A stretch of DNA of 64,000 nt from Epiperipatus broadwayi. Its lineage: Eukaryota > Animalia > Onychophora. Where the stretch lies: contig JAQFVV010000008.1 of NCBI GenBank assembly GCA_028023455.1, positions 10,478,001-10,542,000 on the forward strand. Reading direction: 5' to 3'. Made by a program: the position numbers and the translations under genes. Below are positions 24,480 to 38,500 of the stretch, in pieces. The notes beneath the pieces were generated by a model that worked only from the letters and a program-made list of their open reading frames with translations, was not told the DNA's origin and did no database searches. Position 1 is the first letter of the stretch; every line of letters starts with the position of its first letter.

Positions 24480-25420
24480 ATTAGTTGTCTCTCCAACAGC
24501 CACTTACGGATGAATCGTGGAGAAGACACAGCTCACCGACTTTGACAACTCCCAAATAATGATGTTTTAAACATTTTCACATTTGTTTTTGCATTCTGGG
24601 TAAAAATTTGCTAGATATTTATTTACTGATCAATATTAAATGGCTAACCACTCGGCTGTAAATGACTAATCCAAGAAAAGAAAAAAAAATCATGTTTACT
24701 TGGTTTAGATTCGAACCTAAGTCATAGTATGCAAGTAGATGTTCGTCTAAAGGTCTTTCATGTATACATATAATTATATACAAAAGTGAGAAAAACTAAT
24801 AATTTATTAACTAATATAAATTAAAATAAAACTTTTTACTAAGTTTTCTAATTCTTGATGAATATTTTCTCTCTCTCACCCTCCCTCTAATTGTGTGTAA
24901 TAATTCCATTTCTTTCGAAGATGCCTATACGATCTTTTAATAAAAGCTTTAATTCCTTTTTGGTAATTAATTATAAAATTTTAATTAGATATTTATTATT
25001 GTTATTTAAAAAGAAAAGTGTTTGTCTTTTAAATTTATATTTCATTTCGTCGCCATTTATAAAAATCCAAAGCTGCAGGAGCAAATTCTCCATTTTGTCA
25101 TAATCCATTTACTTATTAGTACAGTGCACGTCAGAGTGATGATAATTTATTTAAAAATTAATGATGCATCAATAACATTTAATAATGCATTAATTAGTAT
25201 ATGTAAAGTATATATTTAAATTATAAATATTACGGTATTTATTTAAGTTATACATACAAATTCGGAATAGTTTGCAAATTAATATACTTTCATTGCAAAT
25301 AAGGATTTTTTTCTATTTCTAACTCTTGATCTAATTACTAACAACCTTGTTTTTTTATTCGTTTAGTAAATTGTATGTATGTTTTCAAATACTATGTGTG
25401 TATGCATGAATGTGTGTGTG
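24480..25420. promoter_or_regulatory. CpG-retaining region, candidate (bidirectional) promoter
   Basis: Many CG dinucleotides in an otherwise CpG-poor window; TGACGT (minus, near 25130); minus-strand donor CC|gtaagt near 24507 and plus-strand donor ATT|gtatgt near 25372. Confidence 0.4.
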
Positions 25421-27489
25421 CACATCTTAATAAAAGCTTACGTATTTAATTGCACTATACAGTTATTGTTTTTTTAATAATGTTTCTTTTTTTTTTTAGT
25501 AATGGGAAATATATCATTATCTAGTATTAAAATTAAAACCTAACCTTAAGATGAATATACATTTCTTTTTATCAGATTTTTTTTTTTATTGTGTAAAACA
25601 ATTAGTGCATGTAATCTTAATTATTTTAAATTTTACCTGTTAATCACTCTAATTCATCTGAAATGACAATTGCTGTTTTTTTTTTTTTTTTAATTTCACG
25701 TTAATACCAACCATTAATATCTATAATGAGAGAAGAATATGTTAAATATTTATTTTAATTACTAACTACTCTTTTGTAAATAAGTAAATAACTCAGATTA
25801 TATATAACTGAACAGGAAGTAACTGAAGCTTCCAATGAATTATATCATGATTGCAACGCAATCACAACCATCCATCAATCAGCCCAGAAGTCAGACGAAC
25901 CTCTCAGACCATAGATATATGGAAACATACACTTTGTTAAGCAATTTGTATAGTACATGTGACATTTCAACTTCATATACACATTATTTCTAGAGAAACT
26001 CTAATCTTATTTTTTTTATATAATTATATATATATATATTATTAATTACAATTCTATCATAGGTTCCTGAACAATATGATCAAGGACATGTGAAAAGAAC
26101 AAGTGATCTCCAGGATGCACATTTTGTGCAGAATCAGCACTATCAGTTGGCCAAAATCACAGTCTCTTACACATATCTTCATCATTTGTTCAGAATATAT
26201 TAGATAGCAAATTACTATAGTTTAATTGACAGGTTTCAAATTTTCTGCAGTACAACATTAATATAGACCACTTTAAATGAAATATATTAATAACTGTACT
26301 AATCATTTATTAACTTAGACATTATCACTAGCTCAAATAAGTTTTTTGTTTAAATCTTATTTAATGGATAATGTATCTGCAGTGGCATAGAGGTATCGAC
26401 ACCTGATTTTTTTGCCCATGTTGTCAGTGTTGATAAGTTTCACTTTTTCATACAAGGTAGAGACAGCATCTATTTTTAATACTTTGTAGAGGGGTGTACA
26501 ATAAAGTTAATTACTCTTTTGTAAATATCTATTTTAAAATATGTTTAATTAAGAGGGATGGAGTGAATTAACAAAGAACTTATATATAACATTAGCATCT
26601 AAAAATGGGTAATAATAGAAAAACAACTCTAACACCTAAAAAATAGGTAATACTAACAAAAAAATAAGTTTAAAGTAGCTTCTGTATAATAAAACAAATA
26701 TCAGAATAAAACAAATAATGTGTCTATTAATTGATTATAAAAACAAATATTATTTTTATAAGAAACTATATGCAAGAGTATGGGTAGTTGTGATAAATTT
26801 GTGTGCAATACAACATCAACATGTTCGATTGCAGTATTCATACTAGCAAGACTATGTGCAGATACCAAAAATGAAGGATAGTAATAATAGCTATATGACA
26901 TACATTTTACATGCACACATACCCTTATACTGTAGTAAAATGTAAAAACATTCCACATGAGTATATGTACAATTAATAATTATTAGGCATTTATATTTAA
27001 AATTGCTAAGTCAAATTTTTGATTCAATTTATAAATAAATACAGATTCATGATATAATTCAATTTAAAAATTATTTGCATCAAGACAGTAAACAAATTAA
27101 TTTTAACAATAAATTAGAATAATGTTGTTATAAAAAATATAGTAGACTAAAAAATTGAGAAAGCACATTCACATAGGCTTGTATCTATGTGAAGAAATTC
27201 AATAGATCACTCTTTGGCAAAAGCAAAAAAATAAAAAAATTTATTTTATTTTTAACACAAAAAATTTGATGTTAATGATGATTAAGTGAAAAAGATAAAT
27301 ATAGATATAGCAATCATACAAATGTTTAAATTATGTAACTATTTCTAAATTGCAATAAATATTTTGATATCACTCTTTTTAGTGGGTTGTTTTCCAAAGT
27401 CTTTGTATTGATTCAACACTTTCTGATAAAAAAGATGAGTCAAAAATTTTCCATATGCCCTTTGATTGTAGAATTTATTTTAATCAAAT

Positions 27490-28441
27490 TTTAGAAAAGA
27501 TCTTAGTTTTGACATAATCTCCCTACTTTTCAATATATTTTGTCTTTCTATCAACAAGTTTTCCTATTTCCTCATTAAATGTTTGAACTGTGAGTCATGA
27601 ATGCACCATTGTCTTACCAGATATGAAGGGGACCAAAGGGTGATAATCCAATGAGACAAGACCATGACTATAGGGGAAATGTTTTACCACCTCAAAATGA
27701 GGTTTGTAAAGTGTTAACAGTGTGGATTATGGTGTATGAACATGCATTATCATGCAATTTAACAATAATATTCTTGGATATCAGGTTTCTGTGTTTTTTC
27801 TAATCTCACTGTAATGAACACTGTTGATTGCAGAATCTTTATTTATAAAATGTTATTGGTACTTGAGAATTCCTGAAAACTGTAACCATCAATTTTTCAG
27901 TTGATAGGTGATTCCTGAATTATTTCTTTGTCAAAAATTGAAATTTTTCCATTACATACTCTTCTGTTTACTTTCAGGCTTGTAGCAATGAATCCATGTC
28001 TTATCACAACTAAGATTCTTTATTTTGTTTGCACATATCCAAATGCTTCTGTTTGTGTTTTTTCATGAATTGTTTTGGTATCTATCTTGCACAAACTTTT
28101 TATTTTGAAATGCAAGTCTGTGAATTATTGCATAGTCAGAACCGTAACTGATTTGAAAATGATTTCTCACATAATCCATTGTCACTCACTAATCATGCAT
28201 GCTCAGTGTTGACATCAATTGTGAATGTAAATAAGTGCCCAGCACCTTCTTTATGATCAATACATCTATGACCTTCCTTGAACTTTCCTATTCATTCCTA
28301 AATACTTTTTAGTAATAAACTTTCTCCACACTGTCTGCAAAGTCTTTAATAAATATTGGCAACATACACACTCTCAGATTACAAAAAATGAATCACTGCA
28401 TGCCACTCTTTTTTCAAGGAAGCCTCATGTGGTGCAGCCAT
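27490..28441 (-). mobile_element. Decayed mariner (Tc1/mariner) transposase
   Basis: MAAPHEAS...; TWIHCYKPESKQKSM; KLMVTVF; LHDNA; H.PYS.L...DYH.FGP; GDYV. Many stops and indels. Confidence 0.85.
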
Positions 28442-29816
28442 TATTTAACACTATGCAGTCACATTTTAACTGATATAACATGTTCAAAACTATGCAGCAA
28501 TGACTTGGGGAGACTCTTACTTTGTATGAAAAGCGTACATCCAACAGAAGTTTTAATATAATTAAAATGTGGATAATTTTGATTCACAGTCATAATATGT
28601 GATTATCTGCAATAACATTCCTTTTGATCATGTTCTTCACTGTCAAATTATTTTTTTTTCAATTATTACATATTGGGAAGTATTTTTAGCATTGGCAGGA
28701 ACACAAATAATTCTATCACAACTTTCTTTTTTTAAAATAAATTCATGAGTGAACAACTTGTATATTGAATAATCAGTCACTTCAGCATAGATTTTTAATT
28801 AATGTTTTCATTTTTTTACATAAAGGAAGCAATGCAATGATTTTTTTAGACTTGGAGAATTACATCATTATTAGTTTTATATGTAAGTTCATTCCAAATA
28901 AAAAAATAATTTCACATTTATAGCAGCAATATGTTAACATGAGTGGAAATTGATGCTATAATCACAGCTTTATTGAGTTCACAATACTAAGCAAATAAGA
29001 TAAAAAAAATGGGTGCTTTTTATGATTTGCTTAAAAATATTTTTATAATACCAAGTTAGATAGCAGATGCTGTGATCAAACTACATATATATTATTGAAA
29101 GCAATTATATCAAGTTGATGATCAATGACATTTATTGATTTTTCAGGCTTCTAAAAAGCACATTATTTTGAAAATAAAGTCTATCTGTCTCACTGTTAAT
29201 CATACTTTTTTTTAATTTCACTGTTAAGTTTTCTGAATTAAATTATTTCATAATATTCTTAGAGAACCAATTTCAGATTGAACTGTTTGTTCTTCAAACG
29301 AGAATTTAGATTAAATGTGACCAGTCAATCATTTGTTCGTTTTTGCTATTCATAATAATCTTGAAAATTTTTACTAGCAATCCAATTCAAAAGCATCAAT
29401 ACTTTTTATATTTTAATTTTTTAGTAGCTATGGAATCATAGAAAAGAGTGTATCTTAAACAAGTTTGATCTTTATTTATAAAAAATATGATTTTATATCT
29501 AAAAACATAATGCCAAGTTTCTACTACTAAAGTTGTACTCAATAACATCTGATAATGAATCTCTTGATTATTGAGTTTTTATTGCTTAAAAATGATTCAA
29601 GAAAACAAATACCATCAATAACTTACTATCTTTATTGTCACAATCTTTCTCATACATAAAAAGTAATCCCATTTCTTCAGTCTGTTTTTTAACTCTCCAA
29701 ACAAGTGTCTTCAGGTCTTTTCCATTTTCATTTATAAATGGATAAAATTTTCATATCTAATATTCAAAAATATTACTAAATTTACCTCTTTCTTTATTTT
29801 GCTGTAATATCTTATA

Positions 29817-30008
29817 TAAATGCAATTTATTCCCTCTACTTTGAACACTTTTTAGCAAATTTTTTTTATTGTGTGTGTATATATATATATGCACACACAA
29901 TCTTACATTTCGACTGTCCTGAAAACATAAAATTATGTATGCATATATGTATAATAAAAGGTTTTTTTTCTAAAAAGTGTTCAAAGTAGAGTGAATAAAT
30001 TGCATTTA
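29817..30008. repeat. Short fold-back element with 39-bp inverted arms
   Basis: 29817-29855 versus 29970-30008 (one mismatch); possible 10-bp TSD ATATCT(T/A)ATA; internal (TG)n(TA)n(CA)n hairpin; hammerhead half CAGTCGAAATGTA on the minus strand near 29904-29916. Confidence 0.65.
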
Positions 30009-30556
30009 CATATCTAATATTGTTGATGTTTCATTATACAAGTTAAATAATTAAGGTAACAATATGCATTCCTGACCAAATCCAATGTCCATGTGAAACC
30101 AGTCTGATCACTATAGCCTGGTTAACAATAGCTTCTACTTCTACATAGAAGTTTCTGATAAAAAACAATGAGATATTTTCCACACTCATTTTCTGAGAAC
30201 ATTTTCTAATTTAATTTGCTTAATTGAATCAAAGATATTGCTGTATTGAATGACTGTCATTCAGATTCTTTTGATCTTTCCTAGAATTTCTATTTTTTCA
30301 GTCATATCAATAATAATGTCTCTTAATGTAAAGCTATAAGATAGGCTGAAATATTACAAATATACTGTATATACATTTTATTTTTAAAATGACTTTTTTT
30401 TAAAAAAAAAAGGTGTTTTGTTGTTGATTTTTTCAATTTATATATATAAATTTTTATGATCAAATATGTAAAAAATATATTTATCTTGGAGAAATTTTAT
30501 TATGTAATTAATAAAATGTAAAATAATTCAAGTCCCCCCTCTCATTTTTTCCTTAC

Positions 30557-30616
30557 CGAGAAGTTCTCAGATTCAATGTTAGATTTGACACCTTTAGTTG
30601 TATAAATGCCTATGAG
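30557..30616 (-). CDS. Candidate exon (LIGIYTTKGVKSNIESENFS)
   Basis: TCG|gtaagg donor, open frame, mediocre acceptor. Confidence 0.25.
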
Positions 30617-32409
30617 CTTTAATAACCATAGGTGATAAAAAATAAAGATTAAACACTAAGTGCCAAATATAACAAAAGATTCTGATATATAATATACTTA
30701 ACCAATAAAAAAACCTCTGAGTGTCAGCTCTACCTATGCCATATCTGGTCAAACCATACATATGTTAATTGCATTCTATTTATGAATGCTTTTTGTATTT
30801 TATGAACATGAAGAGGTGGAGTGATCAAAGTCAATAGTTTTTACTTTTGCCTAAAATTAGCTCAAGCCATGGCTATTAATGGTGTATCATTTATATTATC
30901 ATTTGAGATTAAACTTGAAAGATAATGATTATGATTATCCATTTGGTATCATGTGCTTAACATATAGAAACTTTACCGAATTAGGTAACACATATCATTT
31001 TTAAAATATTTCTGATTTCACATGGTGTCAAAAGGAAAAGAGAAATTGCAAATACAAAAAGTTAAATAGACTGGCTCCATTCCAAAGAAAATTAGATATT
31101 GTTAATATATTTATTGATGAAAACAATGAATATGAGCATGAAACTGCAACATGCTTGATTCATCTTTCCTAAGAGATCAATAATAATTACTCAATCATTA
31201 TCAAACAAAAATGGATTTATAATTTTTTTTTTCATTAAATAATACTTTTAAAGATCTTTTTATTTCATAAAAGATCAAAACTGGAAGTCCAAGCATATCA
31301 AAAATTTATAATAGTTAGACATCAAAATTCACTATACTGATGAGTTAACTAACACTGAAAGTGTAGAGAAAATTTGTTTTAAAAAATCTATTATATTAAT
31401 AAGCTCATTTTATCTATTGGCACATTCTTAGATTAATGGTAAAAACTGTATCAATGAGATTTATATTTTTTTCACTCTACTCATTCACAAAAATTATGAC
31501 TTCACAGACTTTTGATTATTGGTAACTATTGTAAGATTTCAGAATGTTGGCATCATATCCATATATCTAAAATAAAATAATTTTCTGACTGTACCTATAT
31601 AAATCACTTGATTGTCTAGAAAGATAGATAAGATGAGACAGAAAATCCTTTGTTCTAAATGTGATCATACTTTCTTAATAATAATGAAAAAAAAAAGTCT
31701 TGTAAGACTTTTTTTTCTAAATCTTACTTAATTTTACTAATAATTCATAAATTGTTAATGTATAGAGAAATAAAATCCATTGAAAATTTACCTTTTTATC
31801 CAAAAGAATAGAATCAGTATAGAGGATAAATATATTGTGGGTATTTTGTGTAAATGTGTTTGTCTTATATTAATTGTATTACTTTATGCAAATATATGCT
31901 ATATTAATCTATTTTTTTTATTGTTTTGTGTACTTGCAATGTCAATTTGGCCACATTATCTGACATCTCAAAATTCATTCAATAACCTACAATGTACAAA
32001 ATTATTGTTAATAAAAGAGAGAGAGAGAGAGTATCCTTTATGTGAAAAATGTAACAATTGATCTAATTGTAGAAGAAAAAAGCAGTCTTCTTCAGACCTA
32101 AAATATATTTAAGTATATGTAAATATATATATAAAATAGTTCATCTAATCAAATAAACAAATACTAAATAAATATTATATCCCATTAAAAATTGAATTCT
32201 TTTATATATTATCATATATATATATCTCAAAATCTGTATTACATTTGTATCATAATAAAGTTTTCACAAATGTAGTAGAGATTTTGAGGGTATATATTTA
32301 ATATGTAAAAAGGATTTAATTTATAGTGGAATATAATATTATTTAATATTGTTTATATTAATTAGATAAATTATTTTTTTATATATTCGTGTACAATTAT
32401 ATACATTTT

Positions 32410-32449
32410 AGTTCTGAAGAAGATTGCTGGTCAGTCAAAACTGTCAAAT
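32410..32449 (+). ncRNA. Fossil hammerhead of a different family
   Basis: AGTT CTGAAGA AGATTG CTGGT CAGTC AAA ACTGT C AAAT; CGAAA decayed to CAAAA. Confidence 0.4.
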
Positions 32450-32483
32450 TGATGGAGTATAAAATAAAATAATCATTGTTATA

Positions 32484-32638
32484 AACAGGCAAAACTCGCT
32501 ATACCACACACAGCAAGCTAGAGTAATCAATGGATGCTAGCTTGCTGGGTGTGGCTGTATAGTGAGTTTTGCCTGTTTTAACAACAGTTATACACAAGCA
32601 TAAGAGATGGTGGTCATGTGATGTTTATTGGCTTAAAA
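32484..32638. mobile_element. Retrozyme-family insertion E (155-bp hairpin, no hammerhead, tail on right)
   Basis: 10-bp TSD CATTGTTATA (32474-32483 / 32639-32648); arms aaacaggcaaaactc...agctag / ctagct...gagttttgcctgttt. Confidence 0.88.
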
Positions 32639-33458
32639 CATTGTTATAGTAATAAAAAATAAAAAAAGCGTTTTCATTTAACTGTTTTATAATTTTATCA
32701 ATGAAAAAAAAAAAAAGATATAAAGTGAGAAAATAAAATAAAATTACTGAGTATACTTTTAGTGTGTAAATGTAAGTAAAAGTTATTTTACAATATTCTT
32801 AAGTATCCTGTTTTTATATATATAATTTGTCATTATTATTACTTTTTGAAACAGATTACAATAAATATTTTTCAATGTAAAAAAACTTCTCATTTTATTT
32901 ATGAAAACAACAATTTCCATTATTCTTTTATACATATCTTTCTTTAAAAATAGCTCATTTTAAACATTTATTGTTTTTAATTGTCATTTCTGTTTATAAC
33001 CTTTTCTTTGTTTTTTTTAGTGCATTTTTCAAAACTTTATTTATAATTTTTTTATCCAATAGTAAAAATATTGTAAGTTGTTGACATGAAAATATTTCAA
33101 TGCTTTTCTCATATGTCATTGGTTTACAGTTCTTAATCTCTAAATTTTAATTTTTGGAACTATATTAAAGTAGAGCTCAACATTTTATCAATCAGTGTAA
33201 TAGTCGTTGTCAATAGCGCTATTATTAACAATATTAGAGTGCTGGTGATTGTCATTGATTAAAGCTCATTATCATTTAAATAAATGACTAGAGATATAAA
33301 TGGATCAGTAGCGATTCGGTTTTGATATAGAAAATATAAGAAAGAGATTTGTTTGAGGATGATGAAATCAGAAGTGTTGTTTAGTCTTCAGACTGAAATT
33401 CCAATTATAAGCAAATAGTGCAGTCTTATTCAGGAGTTTATTATAAGAATGGACCTAC

Positions 33459-33523
33459 TTTCTAAGTGAAGATATTACATAATCGAAGATATCTATGTAT
33501 TGGGCTGACAGAAGACTTGTCTT
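33459..33523 (-). CDS. Candidate exon (KTSLLSAQYIDIFDYVISSLR)
   Basis: tgtgtatag| acceptor, AAA|gtaggt donor; phase 0 matches candidate exon 34861-34928. Confidence 0.35.
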
Positions 33524-33989
33524 CTATACACATTATGGGTCAATATTAATCAGGATTATAAACTAATCAGAAATAAACAGATTATGCATAGTTGTTAATT
33601 GATTAAAGCAATATATATATAATGTTCTACGTTCTATAGTTATTTAATTTATATATACATCATTCATACACTCTTTAAAATAATAATATTTACTTTATTA
33701 TTATTATTTTTTCTCCTATATCTCTTTACAGATTATAATAAGCAGTGTAAATAATTTGGTTTCGTTGTAAATTTTGAAAATTATAATTCTTAGACACGTC
33801 TTGATCGCAATTTTCATTACTAAAATAAATATTGATTTATTCTTTCTTTATTTAAGTTTTAAACAAACAAAAAAAAAATTTTTTAAGAACTTTCTATTTA
33901 TAATTTTTATTTATAATTCAATCATTTAATTTTATTAAATTATCTGATGATTTAAAATATATTATATTGCTTGATAAAATTGAATAACA

Positions 33990-34660
33990 AAGTTCAAATT
34001 AAGCATTAAAAAAGAAAGAAGAATTAAGTTGCTTATTTAGCAATTTCATTATCTTCGGATGCATTTTATAAAATCGGTTATAAAATTAATACTCCCTTTT
34101 TTTTAATGGTATTTTATCCAGCATTGAAAATGAAGGCCGGTAGGGGAGAATTCGAGCTATTAAATTTTGAGGCGGAAAATAAACAAAACAACAACGAAAA
34201 GTATTGTTCAAAATATAATAAAGCGTAAATTATGTGGGAGGAGGGGTTAGGGGGTACGGTTTCTTTCTCCTAGTCTTTATCCAGCTTCTTATTTATAACG
34301 AATCTCATTAGATAACTTGAAGTTATTTTAATGATCCTTAAGAGATTTTCTGATTGGTCTGATTGAAAATTAATAAAATATTGAATTAATGATTTATTGA
34401 TCAAAAAAAAAATTCTTACGAGAAAGATTAAAAACTATGGAACAAAGAAGTGATAAATTACTGCTTATTTTTCTCTCAGCAAAGTTTGGTTAGTCAGCTG
34501 ACAGCTGGGATGAGTCATGCAATCTGTTCCTTAAGCAATCCCAAAGAAAGAAAGCGCTATTAGCTTCTTTTGACAACAGCAAACTGAAGGAGAGTTGCAT
34601 TTCTTAAGCGTACATATAAAAAAAAAAATCGGTTATTTTAATCATAGAAATCAGGACATT
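33990..34660. promoter_or_regulatory. CpG-retaining candidate enhancer/promoter
   Basis: Locally GC- and CpG-rich; ATTGG, TCAGCTGA (E-box) and TGAGTCA (AP-1) clustered at ~34350-34520. Confidence 0.35.
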
Positions 34661-34860
34661 TTTAGTTAAAATAACAAATAGTAATTGTGAGATATGCATA
34701 AGTGAAATACGTTGATGGACTATTTTAGATCATCATCATTCTCCACTATTGATAAATGAATATGGCTATTCTAACTCCTCATACTCCCAGAAAAAAAAAA
34801 TGTCAAAAAAAAAAAAGGAATCAGAGTTATTGTGTTAAATGAGACAAATTCACAACTTAC

Positions 34861-34928
34861 TGTCACTGTTAATGCTGAGAGATGGCCAATGGCAATGAAA
34901 GGGTCAGAGTATCTAGGATTGTACTGAC
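34861..34928 (-). CDS. Candidate exon ((G)QYNPRYSDPFIAIGHLSALTVT)
   Basis: aaattacttag| acceptor, ACA|gtaagt consensus donor, open frame with protein-like composition. Confidence 0.45.
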
Positions 34929-35391
34929 CTAAGTAATTTAAGATAATAATGCAAAAAAACAAAATGGATAAAAAATGTTGATTAATTTATTTAAAAATAC
35001 CGTATTAGTGACTGAAGTTTAGAATATCTTTTATCCATCTTTTAATCAGTTAAAAGACTACAGCAAACAAAACATAATTATTATGCCAAAAATATGAACA
35101 TATATTAATTGAACTATTTCCATGTTTTTAAAAAAATGTTAAACTTTCCAAATGCCATTATCACAAACCTTCATTCAAATACTAAGTATACATAGTAGTT
35201 AAAAATTAAGACTAATTAGAAAAAATTGTATTTATATTAAAAATTGAATTTACATATATATAATGATTTTTATGAAGAACTTGTAGTACAACAACCGTGC
35301 ACTTTTGTGTCATGCCTATAATATAAGTTTGAATTTAAGCTAAATAACTTTTTTCAATGGATTTATGATTTTTTATCCCCCCCCCCCTTAC

Positions 35392-35467
35392 AGTAGTCCG
35401 CCTATAACAATCCAGCTCATTATCCAATATTGGTCAGTAAATGGATCACTATTTATTCTTAAATTAT
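35392..35467 (-). CDS. Candidate exon (NLRINSDPFTDQYWIMSWIVIGGL)
   Basis: Strong acceptor tcctccctcttgttttacag| and donor CT|gtaagg; single open frame, but its end phase does not match 34861-34928. Confidence 0.3.
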
Positions 35468-35519
35468 CTGTAAAACAAGAGGGAGGAACTATTCAAATCA
35501 TAACTATCTAACAATTGGT

Positions 35520-38500
35520 TACCTAGCGGTGTGATGCACTATGGCTTCTCCTTTCTCTGAGTTACGAATCTCTCAGTCACTATGCCCAGAGAAACCTGTT
35601 AGCCACCTTAACCACCCTAAGTTTTTCCCATATACTTCTCTATCCTGCTCAATCCCATTTCCACAACATTATCTTTGTTCACTCTATAGCCTTTATATCT
35701 AAATCTTCCCTATCTTTTTCCAGACCCAGCATAAAAACCAAGAACCCACTTTTTATATATATTATTTTGTTTATATTTATTCTTCCACAATTTCATTATT
35801 TCTACCTTTCTGCTTGTAAGCATTTACATTCACTTAAGATACCTAATGTTCTCCATGTCTTCCTTACATAACTTGCAGACTAAATCAACCACATTTCTCC
35901 ATTTATGTGTATATTCCATAGTTGCTAACGATCCTGTTTGAGCCTTAAACAGTAAACTATTTTTCTTGCTATTATCATAAATTAACTCGCACCCAACATT
36001 CTGTTTGCTTCTATATATTTTTAACTCTTTTTACTCTCCATACTAGTTCTCCATCTCTCAAACTCCCTTTATTTTTTATCCCATTTCTTGACATTATAAC
36101 ACAACAATTCTCCTATCACAATGGGTCCCACTTTTTGTAAAACTATACTGACATAAAGTCTTTATCCAAATCTTCTGTATACCTTTCTTATCCATCTTGT
36201 TGCCTGTCATTTACTCATACCCCAATTTTAATACTATTTTGGCTATTCTCATCCATAAATTATAATCTACCAAACATTTTCATTTTGCTTTTTGCATCTC
36301 TCGTGTAAAAACTTGACCAGCCCATTTCTCCTCAAAGTGCCTCTTGTGCCATACACACATCTGCATCTAATGCATGTCTTTCTGCTTCTCTTTGTACTTT
36401 TTCTAAGTAATCTAACAACCCTTTACTAACACATAATGCATCATTACCATAAGTTAACCCTGCTACTGCCACTCCCTTCCATATAATTCTAGCTACACCA
36501 TATTTATTATATGGAAACACTTAATTTCTTTATCAGTCTATTTTTCTTCTTTGCTTCATTTATCAATTTTTGTCTCCTATTAATACAAGCAATTTCTCTG
36601 ATTACTTAAAGTGATTCTCAAATAGTTATACCTATTCATCACATTTAACTTTATATCCTCCAATAAAAATTATTTCTCTTCTCTTTCCCCAATATTTATC
36701 ATCATTACTTTTGATCTTATTTTACTAAATTTAATCCCATCTCTTTAATAACTCTTACACATGCCTTCAGCATAACTTTATATCTTCCCTACTTTCTGTG
36801 CAAAAGAAAATATTAGCAAATAAAAGACCTAATAATACATACATTCCCTTGCCATCTATTAACGGTATATTTATCCTTCTTTCTAATCTTTCTATTGCTC
36901 TAGTACTCTCAAATATAATAAAAACAAAATAGATACATAGGGTATCCTTGCCTTAGTTACACCCACTTTTAACTCTAACTGAATCTATATTTTCTAATTT
37001 ATATGTATAGTAATTATTTTTATACAATCTCTTAATAAGATCCACTAAAGCTCTATTCTTTCCCAAATTTACTAAACTTGCCCATGATCTATTGCTATTT
37101 ACTCTATCATATGCATTCTCTATATCTATAAAGACCATGTATAACTGTTTATCAGTATTCCTACTCATATCTATAAGTTATGTGACTACAAGTAAATTAT
37201 CTTCTATACATCTATTTGATCAAAAACCTCTTTGCATTTCTCCCACTATATTATTTTCTTCCATCCACTTCACAATTTTTCCAGCCACCATATATGCAAA
37301 AACTTTATATAACATTGACATAACTGCTATCGGTCTATAATTGTTTAACTTTCTATGATCCTTATCCTTTTTTTTAAATAGTAGCCTTACTCCTGCATTT
37401 ATTCCAGCTATTTTGTCCTATCATAAATTCATCATCATCATTTCTGCTGCTCAATCCATTTAAATCTCTTATCTTTCCACTTTTCAATTTCTTTCCTGCC
37501 TCATTCAATTTATTTTCTGTAAATCTAATATTTCCATTACTATATGCTTTGATGTTTGTTATCACTCTGTCCTTCACATCTAACATCCTTTCTTTATCCA
37601 TTACATACTTATTTAAGATTGTCTCTAATTTTTTTCTAATGCTACACCCTTTTTCCTTATTATCTAGTACTATTTCTCACTCCCCTACATTCCTTCTTTT
37701 AATATATTTCTAACATTTTTTACTCCCATCTCTTTCACTTTATTATTTATATTCTCTCTATATAATTATCTATTTTAGCCAACTTCTTTTTTTTAATATT
37801 TTACCCATTTAATATTAACAACTTTTTTACTTTCTTTGTTTTTAATATCACATTTATATTATCTGCATATTTTTCTTTTCTCTTTTACACTTTTACTAAT
37901 TCTCACTTTTCTATTACTTTTATTCTTCTGAATATTCTTACCTAAAATCCTATTTGCTACTTTTTCTACTTCACCACCCCAGTCCTTATATCCATCCTTA
38001 ACAAACTCTTCCATTATTTCTTCTATTTTTATTTTATATTCTTCTAACTTATTCTTATCATTCAATCTCTATCCACATCTTTCACTATCCTTTCTACTTT
38101 TATTGCTATTTTCCATCACATTACTAACCATTTCTCTTATAAAGAAATTATGATCACTATTAAATACTCTCTCTTCATTATCAACCACTTTAATTTTTCA
38201 TACTCTATTCATTCCCTCTTTTTCTACTAACATATAATCTATTGTGTAAAATATATTATTTCTATAACATTTATATTGTCCCTCATAAATATTTGATAAA
38301 TTTCCAATGCTCAAATTCACTTTGGCAAAAAAAATGTCAAAAGCTGCCCATTCTTGTTATCCACATCATCAATTTCTTCAGTATATAATTCATAAGCCCT
38401 ATACACATCATTTTCTTCCTCTTTTTTTAAACTCTATATATCCTTAATTAGGCATTTATATATGTTACTGTTCCACTTCATTATTGTTTGACTATCTCCA

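Noticed and set aside
24645-24730. Pol III A-box and B-box-like motifs
   Set aside because: They are in the wrong order for a single gene and there is no cloverleaf.
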